Notes: generated by a model from the sequence alone, not told the origin. Shown: positions 27,615-44,236, numbered from the stretch's first letter. The stretch: DNA of 64,000 bases from Eledone cirrhosa (GCA_964016885.1 OZ024756.1:31310001-31374000), one strand, 5' to 3'. Made by a program: numbers and translations.

Positions 27615-28035
27615 TGGCGATGAATTGGCAGTATCAGTAGAGGGTCGAACGCCATGCTTTGCAGCATAGAGTTACGGCTCTTTATGATCTGAGCTCAAAT
27701 CCCGCCGAGGTTAACTTTGCCTTTCATCCTTATGGGGTCGATAAAATAAAGTACCAGTCACGCACTGGGGTCGATTTAATCCACTTTCCCCTCCCCCCCC
27801 AAATTACTGGCCTTGTGCCTATATGAGAAGCCCTTATTACTATATCTAATGGCTGTGACTTGGCAGTATCGGTAGAGGGTCGGACGCCATGCTTTCCAGC
27901 ATAGTTACGTCCCTTTACGATCTGAGTTCAAATCCCGCCGAGGTTGACTTTGTCTTTCATCCTTATGGGGTCGATAAAATAAAGTACCAGTAATGCACTG
28001 GGTAATTGCTGGCCTTGTGCCTAAAGTAGAAACAG
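27615..28035 (+). mobile_element. Two tandem Nin-domain SINEs (long then short variant)
   Basis: Consensus match; both are preceded by CTTATTACTATATCTAwTGGC. Confidence 0.9.
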
Positions 28036-28627
28036 TTATTATTATATCTAGTTATCCATTTCGTGATATCCCTTTTTCTTTACTCCATATATTATATTCC
28101 TTGGGTCCTTACACCTTGTGTCCTCAGCTCCTGCAGTCCTTGCGCCCTGGGGCTTGGGGGCCTTGGGCACTGGGTACTTGGGCATTGGAGCCTTGAGACA
28201 ATTTTGTAGTGCAGTAAATTTACAGGCATTTTCGTGTTACTATTGCCGAAATTACTATATATATATATATATTGATGTAGTCATCGTTGCTTGTTGTGGC
28301 TGCATGTCCACTTCGCAGCACACAGATAATCTTTAAGGTTTATTCGAGAGTTTTTTTTTTACCGAATATCCATGGCAGTTGCTATGTTCACAGCGGAAAG
28401 AAATCCAATGCGCAGGACGAGATGTGCAGGCTTGCATACGGAAAGCATAATATGTTGCTTGTGTTGTTGTTTAATATTTGGTTCAGTTGCTGAACGAATA
28501 TATCAGATTTGACCGGATTACTGTACCCATTCACGTTTATCTGAGTTTATCTGTCTGCAAAATTGATATTCTATTTTCATTTGATAATGGCTTTACAACG
28601 TCGAAATAATGAAATATATCTTTAAAT

Positions 28628-28815
28628 AATTGTTTCTACGTTAGGCACAAGGCCAGCAATTAACCAGTGTATTACTGGTACTTTATTTTATCGACCCCGT
28701 AAGGATGAAAGGCAAAGTTAACCTCGGCGGGATTTGAACTCAGAATGGCAAGGGCCGTAACTCTATGCGTCAAAGCATGGCGTGCGACCCTCTACCAATA
28801 CTGCCAAACCACCGA
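28628..28815 (-). mobile_element. Nin-domain SINE
   Basis: Consensus match. Confidence 0.9.
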
Positions 28816-29083
28816 AAATAATGAAATCATTCATTTCGTTTAATCATATTTTTAACATGAAATGTAGAGGCTTCCTAAAGCACTGAACTCGAATTCCCAA
28901 GCAATTTTTAGACTACAATGATATATGTCGAGATGTTTTGATTTTTGTCAGCAATTTTACATTGATATTTACATCAACTAACAGGCAGCAAGGGGGTTAA
29001 AAAAAAGTTATCTTCGCAGTAATGTAACGTTGCATGCCCCATACAACCAAATATAGACATTTTACACATAGTCAGTATATATA

Positions 29084-29210
<127 letters not shown>

Positions 29211-29222
29211 GTATGTGTGTAT

Positions 29223-29290
<68 letters not shown>

Positions 29291-29458
29291 GTATGTGTGT
29301 ATGTTTATATATAATTGCATGCATATATGTGCTTGTGTGTATGAGTGCATCTCTATATATATTTGTATATATCAAATATTTTACAAAATAAATATAATAT
29401 ATATTTATAGATATATCCTAATTTATATCGTGTATATATGTATATATGTATGTATATA

Positions 29459-29575
<117 letters not shown>

Positions 29576-29825
29576 AATTTATATTATATAAATCATTGGT
29601 ACATCTCGCAACCCTCCATTAAAACATCATTTTATGTTCCAGAAACACTTTATATCTTTCCTCTCAAGTATAAAATAAAAACATATACAATTACTACAAC
29701 GCAGCATAAAAAAAGCAAAAGAGAAAGGCAAGCAAAATAAAAGACCCAGCCGCCGCACCGTTACAAGGTACGTTACGTTTTAAATATCTCTCCTTTTTGT
29801 ATACTTCGTTGTTTATTAGCATGGT

Positions 29826-29861
<36 letters not shown>

Positions 29862-29883
29862 CAACATGACCGTCCCAAAGTAT

Positions 29884-30048
<165 letters not shown>

Positions 30049-30124
30049 ATGTCTATATATATGTAAATATATATATATATGTATATATATATGTAAATAT
30101 ATATATATGTATGTATATATGTAA

Positions 30125-30179
<55 letters not shown>

Positions 30180-30291
30180 CATATTTATATATATATATGT
30201 ATATATGTATGTATATATATATATGGTGTGTATATATGTGTGCATATAACTATATAACTACATACATATATATATATATACACATATATAC

Positions 30292-30351
<60 letters not shown>

Positions 30352-30617
30352 GCGTGTTTATACGTGTGTGTATTTCTTTTATTTTTCTATTTTGCATATT
30401 CTTTTTATGTTCTGGGAGAGGCACATATGTGATGTTATAGATGTTCTATCAATTTTCTTTCCTTAATTTTATTATTTCTTACCTATATGCTTTGTTGCCA
30501 GAAATAACATATTGTGTGTATATATATATATATATATAAATATATATACATAAATATACATAAATATATATATCCTTACTTATATATATATATAGATATA
30601 TATATAAATATATACAT

Positions 30618-30688
<71 letters not shown>

Positions 30689-30869
30689 TATATATATGTA
30701 TGTATGTATATATATATATATATATACATATATACATGTGTGTACGCTTTGTTGTAGGGTGCATGCATGTGCGTGGATGCCCTCTCACAGGTTTTCGCAT
30801 TCATGTGTGCAAATATATCTATATACATACATTGTTACATACATCAAACACACTCTCTCAAACAAACCC

Positions 30870-30929
<60 letters not shown>

Positions 30930-30941
30930 GAGAGAGAGAGA

Positions 30942-31087
<146 letters not shown>

Positions 31088-31570
31088 GGGTCTTTTAAGT
31101 GTATGACGATCTTTCGCGCACGTTTTGTGTCTGTGTTTAGTTATTTTTGAATATGTATCCATGTAAAAAAATGAAGCAAACGAAAAAGGTAACCAGCAAT
31201 AAGCACTGGAAAACGTAGCAACTCAGGACTTTATATTCATCGTTTTATTTTGTATTTTGCGCATGTAAGCATTTAAAAAATTTCGGTTATGGCGACCGAG
31301 ACATTTCAGTTTACATGTAGATACATAAGTATGTTTATATATATATACATAAATATATATATATATATATGTGTGTATGTGTGTGTGTGTGTGTGTGCGT
31401 TTGTATACATATATACATACATAAATATATATATATATTTATTTACATATATATATATACGAGTGTGGGTTTATATATATATATATGTATGTATATATGT
31501 ATATATATATATGTGTATATATATATATACATATACATATACACATACATATATACAAGTATGGGTTTAA

Positions 31571-31653
<83 letters not shown>

Positions 31654-33440
31654 CATACAAGTATGGGTTTAAATGTATATATATATATATATGGGTGGAG
31701 CTGTTAACTTTATTCTATGAATATATTATTTTTACAGTGATATATTTTTACTTGGTTATATTTGTTTGTTTCTTTTTTTTAGTTAAATCGTATTTTTACA
31801 TGTATTACTTTTTTCCCCTTCCAGAATCTTCCCAAGAACAGCATGCTGGAATCTTTATAGTTTTAATTTCTTCTTTTATATATGTATTCTTCTTGCAGAG
31901 TTACGTTGACTCACGTGAATTTTACCATACACCGTGTTTCTATTATTATCTATACAACTTTGCTGCTGACAGACGTTTGCTTCAAAATTCTTATATCTCG
32001 AATTCAAGTATATTGCGTAGTATCTTGGGCAAGATTCATTGCCTCACCCTGATCCATGTCTTTGTGAATGAACTGAAGTAGGCAGAAGCTGCTTGGAAGA
32101 CCGTTGGAAGACTGTTGGATGGACTGTACCTGCAATTCAATGGACTATCCTTTTCACTCTCTTTGTCTGTCTCGCTAAACCTCCCTGATAATTAAATTAT
32201 GGATTCACGCGTCTGTGTGGAATGCTTAGCCACTTACACGTGAATTACACGAGCAAGCTGCTCCTATGATTGCACAACTGGATCATTCATCGTCGAGACA
32301 GAGAGAATTTTATTTCATACAGCAGTTTGAAGGGTAATTTGATAACGACCATAAGGTACTGAGTTCAATTCCATGCTTGAACTCTTGACTGTTACCTTAT
32401 ATATTAACTATGGAACGATGAAAGGATCATCACCATTGTTCTCCTCGTCAGCACTCACACCAACATTTATACTCATTATCCCAAGCCTTGGCAATATCTT
32501 AATATAACACACTTAATCCTCACTATGACCATGGTATTTCCCACCACCACCACTACCTTTGATACCAACAACTTCACCATTACTACCTTCACCCTCTACA
32601 ACAACAACACAGCATCAACCACAACAGCATAAAAAAACATCAACGTCAACAACTACAACACCAATAACAACAAAAAGAAACATTAAGCACCACAGAAAAT
32701 AGTGAAACCAAATACATTTAAATACAGATATTACAATAAATAACAACAATTTCAAAGACGCTAGAAGTGTAACGATTGAATTATTTTAATTATGAACTTT
32801 GAAGCATTAAAATTATTGCATTTTCATTATGTGTTTGTTCTTATTGCTACTATTGTTGTTATTTGTCAGTTATTGTTGTTTTTATGTCATTTTTTATCAT
32901 TAATATAGCTGCTGATGATGCTACTGCTGATGTCGCTGTTGCTGTTGCTTGTTCCTTTCATTACTGAGATATGAGACACTCTTCAATTTGAATTTGAATA
33001 CGATCTCATCATTGAAACTTTTGACAAAATGCTTTTAGTGTGACATCTTGTGAAGAAAATTATTTCTTTCACGTTGCTATGCTGTACACTAAGTAAATAA
33101 GATGCACACACACATATTCACTCATACACACGCACAGACTGACAAATATAGATAAACATATTTTTGTGTGTTTATGTGTTTATGAATGTATGCATCTATA
33201 TATATGCATATATACATTATATACAGATAGGTGCATATATACATATACATGTATATATATATATATAACTGTTTCTTTGTTTATTCATTATTTTATTAAT
33301 TTATATATATATATAAAATTAGAATTGGTGCTCTGAAATAGCGATATATATATGAATGTATGTATTGTGTATTTTTCAATACACTGTATGCTTAATTAAA
33401 AGCCTTTTGAAGACCATACGCTATTGTTTTAAAGTAGAAA

Positions 33441-33496
<56 letters not shown>

Positions 33497-33500
<4 letters not shown>

Positions 33501-33680
33501 AACCAGTAAGACCCCGACAGCTGAGCTCAAGCCGTTTCGACGGCTAATTCATTAATAAATGAAACGGCTTGAGCTCAGCTGTCGGGGTCTTACTGGTTCC
33601 TATTACCCACTCTACTACCTCAAGTATCGAGTACTTTGGTGCGTTATGGTCCACCTGGTTCCTTACCACATTTCCTTCGT

Positions 33681-33682
<2 letters not shown>
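33497..33682. mobile_element. pLTR family A fold-back copy in (TA)n
   Basis: TAGGAAC short arm, hinge ATTCATTAATAAAT, long arm ending CTTCGTTA. Confidence 0.85.
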
Positions 33683-33712
<30 letters not shown>

Positions 33713-33769
33713 CCAGTAAATATCATACACTTATGCACACACACATAATTGTATATACATATTCATATG

Positions 33770-33909
<140 letters not shown>

Positions 33910-33948
33910 ATATTAATCAATGGAAACTATATTTATAAAACCATAATT

Positions 33949-34011
33949 ATTTTATTATATATATTTCAAGGGCAACCAAGGCAATTTTGGTGCGCTTTCA
34001 TCAGATAAAAT
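33949..34011 (-). ncRNA. Minimal type I hammerhead motif (family B) between 36-bp inverted arms (33906-33941, 34021-34056)
   Basis: AUUUUAU-CUGAUGA-AAGCGCACCAA AAUUGCC UUGGUUGCCCUU-GAAA-UAUAUA-UA|AUAAAAU. Confidence 0.7.
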
Positions 34012-34142
34012 ACAAAATATGTTTTATAAATATAGTTTCCATTTATTAATATATTGAATATTTACTCCAGTAATCTGTTTGAGTGCTTTATATCAGTTAT
34101 AAAACTTTTAAGCTTTTTGAATCCCAACAAATTAAATATAAC

Positions 34143-34256
<114 letters not shown>

Positions 34257-34627
34257 GTATATATGTGTATATTCACAAACACACACATGTATATTTGTGA
34301 GTAAATAGAAAATAAAATTCGAAATGGCAAATAATACGACGACTCTTCAAAGTGGAACTAACAACAGAGTAAAGCATTTGACAGACGAGAATTAATAACA
34401 AACACAATACAACAAATTCTAGGTACATGAATACATACATAGATGCATACATCTATACATATATGCCTATACATGTATAAATATACATTTATATAGCTCT
34501 ATATATATATATATATATGTATATATATGTATATGTACATATATATACAGATGTATATGTATACATGTATATGTATATATATACATGTATATGTATATAT
34601 GTATATATATATATGTATATGCATATG

Positions 34628-34684
<57 letters not shown>

Positions 34685-34958
34685 ATAAATATATAAGTAC
34701 GTATATATATATATATATATATATATGCATATATATTGATAAATAGTTAAAGATAATTCGTTTGTTTTATTTCTAATCGAAAATTCTAAACTTAGTGAAT
34801 GGTGTCAACACAATATATTTTACGACAATAGCCTAATGACAGGAGTAATTAACTTCCGTCTGAAAATTAGTTTTCAGACACACAATCACACACACACACA
34901 AATATATATATATGTATATACATATATATATATAGATATACACATATAAATATATATA

Positions 34959-35004
<46 letters not shown>

Positions 35005-35027
35005 TTATATATATATGGAGTACACAG

Positions 35028-35499
<472 letters not shown>

Positions 35500-35667
35500 T
35501 ATATATATATATATATATAGCTATTGAATGGTATTGTATTTACTTCTTCTTCTTTTGGTAATATATTGTTACTGTCGCATATTTGTTTGGTACATTTTGT
35601 CAGAAGCTGAGAAACACCTTTTGAAATCTCGAGAGAAATTGCCATATTTGGTATATATATATATAAG

Positions 35668-35700
<33 letters not shown>

Positions 35701-35832
35701 ATTTATCAACTCTTTCATACCTTCTGACCTTTCTGAATATATTTCATTTTATAGAAAATAGCTTTGAAGTACTGATTTCTATTCGTTTCATATTTGCACA
35801 TATGAATGTGTGTATGAATGTATGTATATATG

Positions 35833-35957
<125 letters not shown>

Positions 35958-36044
35958 AGTAACAATAATAAATTTGAAGACTAAAATCCAAAGAGGCCTC
36001 GATAAGGATAAATATATATCAAATATATAAGAACCGTAGAGCAA

Positions 36045-36547
36045 ATATTTATTAAAATAACAGATTAAAGTTTAAGCAAAGAATCACTGCTTTCACCCTT
36101 AACGGGATCTTCTGAAACTAACAAAGCCAATAAACGCAGAAGTGGATATTTCAAAAAACGTTGCAACCGGAGGAAGATAGGAAGACGATACTTTGCTTCG
36201 TGGAAACGTTTTCGTGGAAATGTTTTCGGCTTGTAAACATAAATTGCACAAAACTTTCCTGTATTACAGCCCCACGTTATACCCTAACGGATAGTACGAT
36301 CTATACGTGGATATTTTACGTCTTGGTGTGGTAGCTAAGTATATGTTATGTTTATACCATTACTTATTTGCATAGGGAACGTTTTCACTAATCAAAGTAT
36401 CGTCTTCCTGCCTTCCTCCGGTTGCAACGTTTTTTGAAATATCCACTTCTGCGTTTACAGATTGACTTTGTTAGTTTCAGAAGATCTCGTTAAGGGTGAA
36501 AGCAGCGATTCTTTGCTTAAACTTTAATCTGTTATTTTAATAAATAT
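36045..36547. mobile_element. Fold-back element with ~150-bp inverted arms, each with a hammerhead-like variant (36069-36119 -, 36473-36523 +)
   Basis: Arms 36045-36195 and 36393-36547, slightly diverged. Motif AGUUU-CAGAAGA-U-CCC GUUAA GGG-U-GAAA-GCA..UGC-UU|AAACU; right end abuts (TA)n. Confidence 0.8.
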
Positions 36548-36629
36548 ATATATATATATATATATATAATCGTGTTTTCTCTGTCCTCACATTGATGGCC
36601 TGCTTACAATGTTAGAAAGAATTATCGTA

Positions 36630-36865
36630 ACCATCCTCATCATCATCACCATGACCATCATAATTATCATCATCATCATCACCATCACCATCACGATCTC
36701 CATCATGATCATCGTCATCATATTTATCATCACCATCACCATCACGATCTCCATCATCATCATGATCATCATCTTTATCATCACCATCATCACCATCACC
36801 ACCATCATCATCATCACCATCACCACCATCATCATCATCACCATCACCACCATCATCATCATTAC
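36630..36865. repeat. (CAT/CAC)n repeat
   Basis: Direct reading. Confidence 0.9.
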
Positions 36866-37038
36866 CGTATGTTTGTTATTACCATTCTTTAATTACTGTT
36901 TTGTCTAATTAGTCTAAAAGAAAATATATTATTTCTGCTAAATTCTAGAATTTTATTGACATGTCAAAAGACACTAAATGTTATAGTGTCGTCCATTAAA
37001 ATTAGTTTATTTCTCCTCTTTATATTCAATGTCATCTA

Positions 37039-37146
37039 TCTTCTTCTTCTTCTTCTTCTTCTTCTTCTTCTTCTTCTTCTTCTTCTTCTTCTTCTTCTTC
37101 TTCTTCTTCTTCTTCTTCTTCTTCTTCTTCTTCTTCTTCTTCTTCT
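37039..37146. repeat. (CTT)n microsatellite
   Basis: Direct reading. Confidence 0.95.
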
Positions 37147-37355
37147 TTGTCTTCTTTTTCTTCTACTCTTCCTATTTCTTCCTTCTCTTTTGAAAACGCG
37201 ACCAACTAAACATCATAGCCACCAACGCAAAATTCAAAATCTTTCCAAAAGATGGCGACCTTCACAGACCTGTTTATTTCCAAATAAATGTCTTTCGCCT
37301 CTGACACTGCTCACTCTTGTCTGTCTTTCTATGTCTTCTGTAATTTCTCATTCTA

Positions 37356-37391
37356 TTTTCTGATGAAGGGCAATTCTCCGAAACGTTAAGA
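37356..37391 (+). ncRNA. Minimal hammerhead motif (family D, older copy)
   Basis: UUUU-CUGAUGA-A-GGG CAAUUC UCC-GAAA-CG-UU|AAGA; homologous to 38935-38970. Confidence 0.65.
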
Positions 37392-37568
37392 CCCTTTTCA
37401 TACTACATCAAGCGTAAAACTAATGTATTTTTTCATTGTACTCTATTGACTCTGCTTTTCTATTTCGGTTTGCCTTTTGCGTGCAATATATATATAACTA
37501 TATATTTATCTCTCTCTTTCTACATCAATTTACTAGCAAACTCTCTATGTACCAGCCTATATATATAT

Positions 37569-37622
<54 letters not shown>

Positions 37623-37723
37623 TCAGGTTATCAATAATGTAGTGATAATATATCGTTACGTTAGAGATGAACAGCGTACGTGCAGGTTTGCTCAACGAGT
37701 ATAAATTATATTCCGGAGAAATG

Positions 37724-38082
37724 TAGAAAGGATGAATATAAAATGAAAGTGCTTTTGTTAAAAAAGGAATTTATTAGGTATTGACATATGTTTCTGTAAC
37801 AGACCGAATACCTATGTATCGCTGCTTGCGTAATCATATAATGTTAGCAAGTATTCGATAGCAAATGTATAATCAGTTGTCACTTCTTCAGAGATTTTGG
37901 ATAAACTCATCCAAAATCTCTGAAGAAGTGACAACTGATTATACATTTGCTATCGAATACTTGCTAACATTATATGATTACGCAAGCAGCGATACATAGG
38001 TATTCGGTCTGTTACAGAAACATATGTCAATACCTAATAAATTCCTTTTTTAACAAAAGCACTTTCATTTTATATTCATCCT

Positions 38083-38087
<5 letters not shown>
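37724..38087. mobile_element. Perfect 364-bp palindrome (6-nt loop) with a hammerhead-like motif bearing a long helix II (37920-38032)
   Basis: Arms are exact. CUGAAGA-[~90 nt, GUGACA/UGUUAC base]-GAAA-CAUAUG-UC; helix I pairs poorly; right end abuts (TA)n. Confidence 0.85.
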
Positions 38088-38127
<40 letters not shown>

Positions 38128-38131
<4 letters not shown>

Positions 38132-38316
38132 AACAAGTAAGACCCCGACGGCTGAGCTCAAGCCGTTTCGACGGCTAATTCTGTACTGGCCGTCGAAACG
38201 GCTTGAGCTCAGCCGTCGGGGTCTTACTTGTTCCTATTACCCACTCTACTACCCTAAGTATTGAGTACTTTGGTGCGTTATGGTCCACTTGGTTCCTTAC
38301 CACATTTCCTTCGTTA
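38128..38316. mobile_element. pLTR family A fold-back copy in (TA)n
   Basis: The hinge lies exactly in helix II: TTTCGACGGCTAATTCTGTACTGGCCGTCGAAA. Confidence 0.85.
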
Positions 38317-38337
38317 TATATATATATATATATATAT

Positions 38338-38648
<311 letters not shown>

Positions 38649-38651
<3 letters not shown>

Positions 38652-38836
38652 CGAAGAAAGTGTGATAAGAAACCAGGTGGACCATAACGCAGCAGAGTAC
38701 TCGATACTTGGGCTAGTAAAGTGGGTAATAAGAAAAGAGTCAGGACCCCGACGGCTGAGCTGCGACCTTTTGACAGTTCAGATCTAGCTGGCGAAACGGC
38801 CGGAGTTCAGCCGTCGGGGTCCTGACTCTTTTCCTA
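38649..38836. mobile_element. Divergent pLTR family A fold-back copy
   Basis: Long arm, hinge GACAGTTCAGATCTAGCTGGC, short arm ending TTCCTA(TA)n. Confidence 0.75.
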
Positions 38837-38934
38837 TATATATATAACATTAATCGACCTGTTATTTGTATCTAAAGACATGTTTTCCAATCCCAACCTG
38901 CCCGTCCCCTCAATCTATCTTATTTCTCATTCTT

Positions 38935-38970
38935 TCTTCTGACGAAGGACTAGCGTCCGAAACGTTAAGA
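38935..38970 (+). ncRNA. Canonical Penelope-type minimal hammerhead ribozyme motif (family D) in repeat ~38855-39060
   Basis: UCUU-CUGACGA-A-GGAC UAGC GUCC-GAAA-CG-UU|AAGA: perfect helices I and II, palindromic helix III ACGU. The repeat ends at (CA)(TA)n; a further 3' fragment lies at 63008-63062. Confidence 0.8.
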
Positions 38971-40102
38971 CCCTCTTCCTGCTATATCAAGCGTTAACCT
39001 AATATATCCCTTCCATATACTGTACCAATTGTGTTGTTATTTCTGTTTACCCTTTACACACATATATATATATATATATCCTTATCTACTCTTTCTCTAT
39101 CTATCCGTCAATCGATTTATCCATTGGAAATCGTTATTAGTCTATTTCACTATTCACTCTTACAATTATTTCATTAAAAAAAGTAATCACACACCCCACC
39201 AACCTTACCACAACGAAACTACCCCAGTTAAAATATCTACCCATGCCATCACCTCCATCTCCACCTCCACCCACAATACGTAAATATTTAATCATCAAAA
39301 ATATGTACCTAATTAACAATTTAATCCATTCAACTTCTTCTAACATTGAAAATATCCTTTATGCAAATCACAGAATATAATTTTTTTTTCCCGCTTAATT
39401 TCTTAACAACAATTAATTTTTTTTCCTTTTTTGGTTGTGATGTTGTTGTTGTTTTTTCACTTAATTTTTCAAATAATTAATTTTATTTTTATGCAGTTTT
39501 TTTTTCTCTCTCGCTGGAAGAAGGAATTATATTATTAAATCAAACGCCCATAATTTTAAAAAAAATTATATAATTAATAACCAAAAAAATAAACAAGTTA
39601 CGATAAAATTTAAATATCACACACCCCAACCACACACCCCCGAACACCAACCATACATCCCGACCACCATCTCCATAAAAAGAACAGAGAATGTAAAGAA
39701 CAACAGATTTCATTTTTAATAAAATAAATGCTGACGTCTTTTGATGTAAAAATCCTGACGGGAATCTTAAATTGGATTTCAAAGAATTTCGTATTTATCT
39801 TATTATTGTTATTATTATAATTTTTTTTTTAATTATTATTGTTATTATTTATAATGATATTTGGTTTATTGTAATAATAAATTATTATTATTACTATGAT
39901 TATCATAATCATCTTTAATTATTCATGTTTTACATTTATCATCGCTCATATTTATTATTATTAATTTATTATTAATATAATTTATTTATTTATTTTTGTC
40001 ATTATCATCATCATCATCATCATTATCATCATCACCATTATCCTTATTATAAATAACAATACTACTATTGCTGATGAAAAAGATAAAATAAAATAAAGAA
40101 AG

Positions 40103-40141
<39 letters not shown>

Positions 40142-40161
40142 TATTATTATTATTATTATAC

Positions 40162-40382
40162 GGCGGTGGATTGGCAGTATCAGTAGAGATACGGACGCCA
40201 AGCTTTTCAGCATAGAGTTACGGCCCTCTACGGTATGAGTTCAAATGCCGCCGACTTTAACTTTGCCTTTCATCCTTACAGGGTCGATAAAATAAAGCAC
40301 CAGTAATACTCTTGGGTCGATTTAATCGACTTTAACTTCGCCCCCAAAAAATTGCTGGCCTTGTGCCTAAATTAGAAACAAT
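40162..40382 (+). mobile_element. Nin-domain SINE (long variant)
   Basis: Consensus match. Confidence 0.9.
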
Positions 40383-40406
40383 TATTATTATTATTTTTAT
40401 TATTAT

Positions 40407-40730
40407 TGTTGAAAGATGGGTGAGAGAGGCAAGAATGGCCCGAGTGAATGGGCCTACTCTGAGTATATGCCTGTAAACTGAAGGTGGAAAACTGGGAGAG
40501 GGTACTTGCCCTGGTGGTCAGGGTCACCGTGGCTTTTTTTAATGGGCTTTCTCCACGATGGCCCTCGGAAATCTCCCCCCTATTGGGGAATTTTTCATTG
40601 TTATTTTTTTGTTACCTCCTCTGTTTTTTGTTTTTTACACGCAGAAATGCCCATTTGTACCGTCCTGTATTGTCCTGTACTGTCCTTAATGTTTACTTTA
40701 TGTAAACCCTTGTGGTTAATAAAGAAAGCA
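40407..40730 (+). mobile_element. Tx1/L1-like LINE 3' end in (TTA)n, second copy
   Basis: Highly similar to 4636-4957. Confidence 0.85.
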
Positions 40731-40809
<79 letters not shown>

Positions 40810-41241
40810 CACTGTTACTATTACTACTGTTATTGTTGTTATCATAATCATTTAATTGGTCACGTTTTCCATTTTTCCTCACCGCCGCCATCCTTTCATA
40901 ACTGAAAGCAGAATTTCTTGATAGGAAAATTCAAAGATTATCACTTGATCTCAATCCCATTAAATCTAGCGGATCATTTGAGTTTAAAAGATTTAAGAAA
41001 ATTACTATATATGTATGTATATGTGTTTGTGTATGTATGTATATATGCGCGTGTCTGCGTGATTGTGTGTGTATGTGTCTCTGTTTTGGGGTTTTATGAT
41101 AATAAATGTATTCGATATGTGGTGGGAATCTTTGCATATATGCATATATGCCTATAGAGAGAGAGAGAAAATGATAGATATAAATATAGAAGTAGATATA
41201 TATATATATATATATATTTGTGTATATAAATTATAAATATA

Positions 41242-41363
<122 letters not shown>

Positions 41364-41522
41364 CATATATATATATATGATATTTATATATATATATATT
41401 TATATATATATAATATATATATATGTGTGTGTGTGTGTGTAATATTTATATATATATATATATTTATATATTTATATATATATATAATATATATATATAT
41501 GTATGTGTGTGTAATATTTATA

Positions 41523-41590
<68 letters not shown>

Positions 41591-42172
41591 AACATAGTGT
41601 TTGTGTATGTGTGTACATATATGTCAGTGTGTGGTGTGTGGTGTGGAAGACGTTTACATGTTATTTTGATAATCAATATTATTTAATCTTTAATAAAATT
41701 ATAATTTAGCTGATCGGTTCATTTACATCCAGGCCATTCATATTCTCAATATTTCCATGAAATTATGAATTATGGTTAAAAAGAAAATCCTAAATAAAAT
41801 AAAATTTTAAATAAAAATAAAAATAAAAATAAAAATAAAAATAAAAATAAAAATAAAAATAAAAATGAAAAAATAAAATAAAACAATTAAAAAAATTAAA
41901 ATTAAAATATTTTAAAAACCATAAAGAAAATATGAATAAAAATTCAAATTAAATAAGAATAAATGTATTAATATAATAATAAAATTATTGTTAAATACAT
42001 TTGAAACTTATGTAAGATTACAGAAGTATTAAGAGAAAGTGTTCGATGGCTGGTGAAAAAAAAGAAAGAGCTGTGTAGTTATGTGATTGTGTGGTTGAGT
42101 GTGTGTATGAATATATATATATGTGTGTGTGTTTGTGTATGTGTATGTATGTAAGTGTGCATGTGTTTATAT

Positions 42173-42235
<63 letters not shown>

Positions 42236-42390
42236 TATATGTATGTATATATATATATATAATATATATATATATAATATATATATGTATGTAAATATAT
42301 AATATATATATGTATGTATATATATATATAATATATATATATGTATATATATATATAATATATATATGTATGTATATATATATGTATATA

Positions 42391-42427
<37 letters not shown>

Positions 42428-42428
42428 G

Positions 42429-42525
<97 letters not shown>

Positions 42526-42789
42526 CTATATATGTATATATATATTTATATACGGATAGTTTGATTGATTAATGGGGATCTGTATGTATGTGTAGGCATG
42601 TGTATATGTGTGTGTCTATTGTGGTTGTATTTAATTCAACAGAACAGACGTATCATACAAAGTCTCATGCTGAATCTCCCTGAGAATTATGTTAAGTATA
42701 CACATCTCTGAGGAATACTCAGCAACTTTCATGTTGTGAACAGGATAGACCGTTGATTGAAAAACTGGAACACTCATCGTCTAATTCAC

Positions 42790-43521
42790 CAACAACTATA
42801 ACAACAACAACAATGAAAACAATAGCAACAATAACAATAACAAGAACAATAATGATATAATAATAAATACTAATGATAACAATATTGATAAATATAACAA
42901 AAATAATAATAACAACAGCAGCACCAATAACAACAAGAGCAACAATAGCTACAATAACAACAATAACAATAGGAATAATAACAACAATAACAACACCAAT
43001 AACAACAGAAATAACAACAGAAATAACAACAGTAATAACAACAGTAATAACAACAGTGATAACAATAGTGATGACAACAAGAATAACATCAGCAATAACA
43101 ACAGAAATAACAACAGTAATAACAACAGTGATAACAATAGTGATGACAACAACAATAACATCAGCAATAACAACTGTAATAACAACAGTAATAAGAACAA
43201 CAATAACAACACCAATAACAACACTAATAACAACAGCAATACCAACGACATCATCAACAACAACACAAACAACAACACCAATAACAACAGCAGTAACAAC
43301 AGCAATAACAACAGTAATAACATCAGTAATAACAACAGCAGCAACAACATTAACAATGACACCAACAACAACACCAATAACAACACCAACAACTTCACTA
43401 ATAACAACAGCAATAACAATGCTGTTAGTAGGCTGGCTGCAACACCAACAACAACACCAACAACAACACCAACAATAAAACCAACAACAACAACAACAAC
43501 AACACCAACAACAACACGAAT

Positions 43522-43552
<31 letters not shown>

Positions 43553-44193
43553 CCAACAACAACACTAACAACAACACCAACAACAACACCAACAACAACA
43601 ACAACAACACCAACAACAGCACCAACAACAACACCAACAACAACACCAACAACAACAGCAATGACAACTCCAACAACAGCACCAACAACAACACCAACCA
43701 CAACACCAACACAAACACCAACAACAACACCAACAACAACACCAACAACAACAGCAATGACAACTCCAACAACAGCACCAACAACAACTCCAACAACAAC
43801 ACCAACACAAACACCAACAACAATACCAACAACAACACCAACAACAACACTAATAACAACAGCAATGACAACTCCAACAACAACACCAATAACAACAACA
43901 ACAACAACAACAACACCAACTACAATACTAACAACAACACCAACAACAACACCAACAACAACACCAACAACAACTCCAACAACAACACTAATAACAACAG
44001 CAATTACAACTCCAACACCAATAACAACACCAATAACAACAACAACAACACCACCAACAACAACACCAACACCAACACCAACAACAACACCAACAACAAC
44101 ACTAATAACAACACCAACAACAACACCAACAACAACAACAACATTAACACTAATAACAGCAGCAATGACAACTCCAACAGCAACTACAACAGC

Positions 44194-44236
<43 letters not shown>

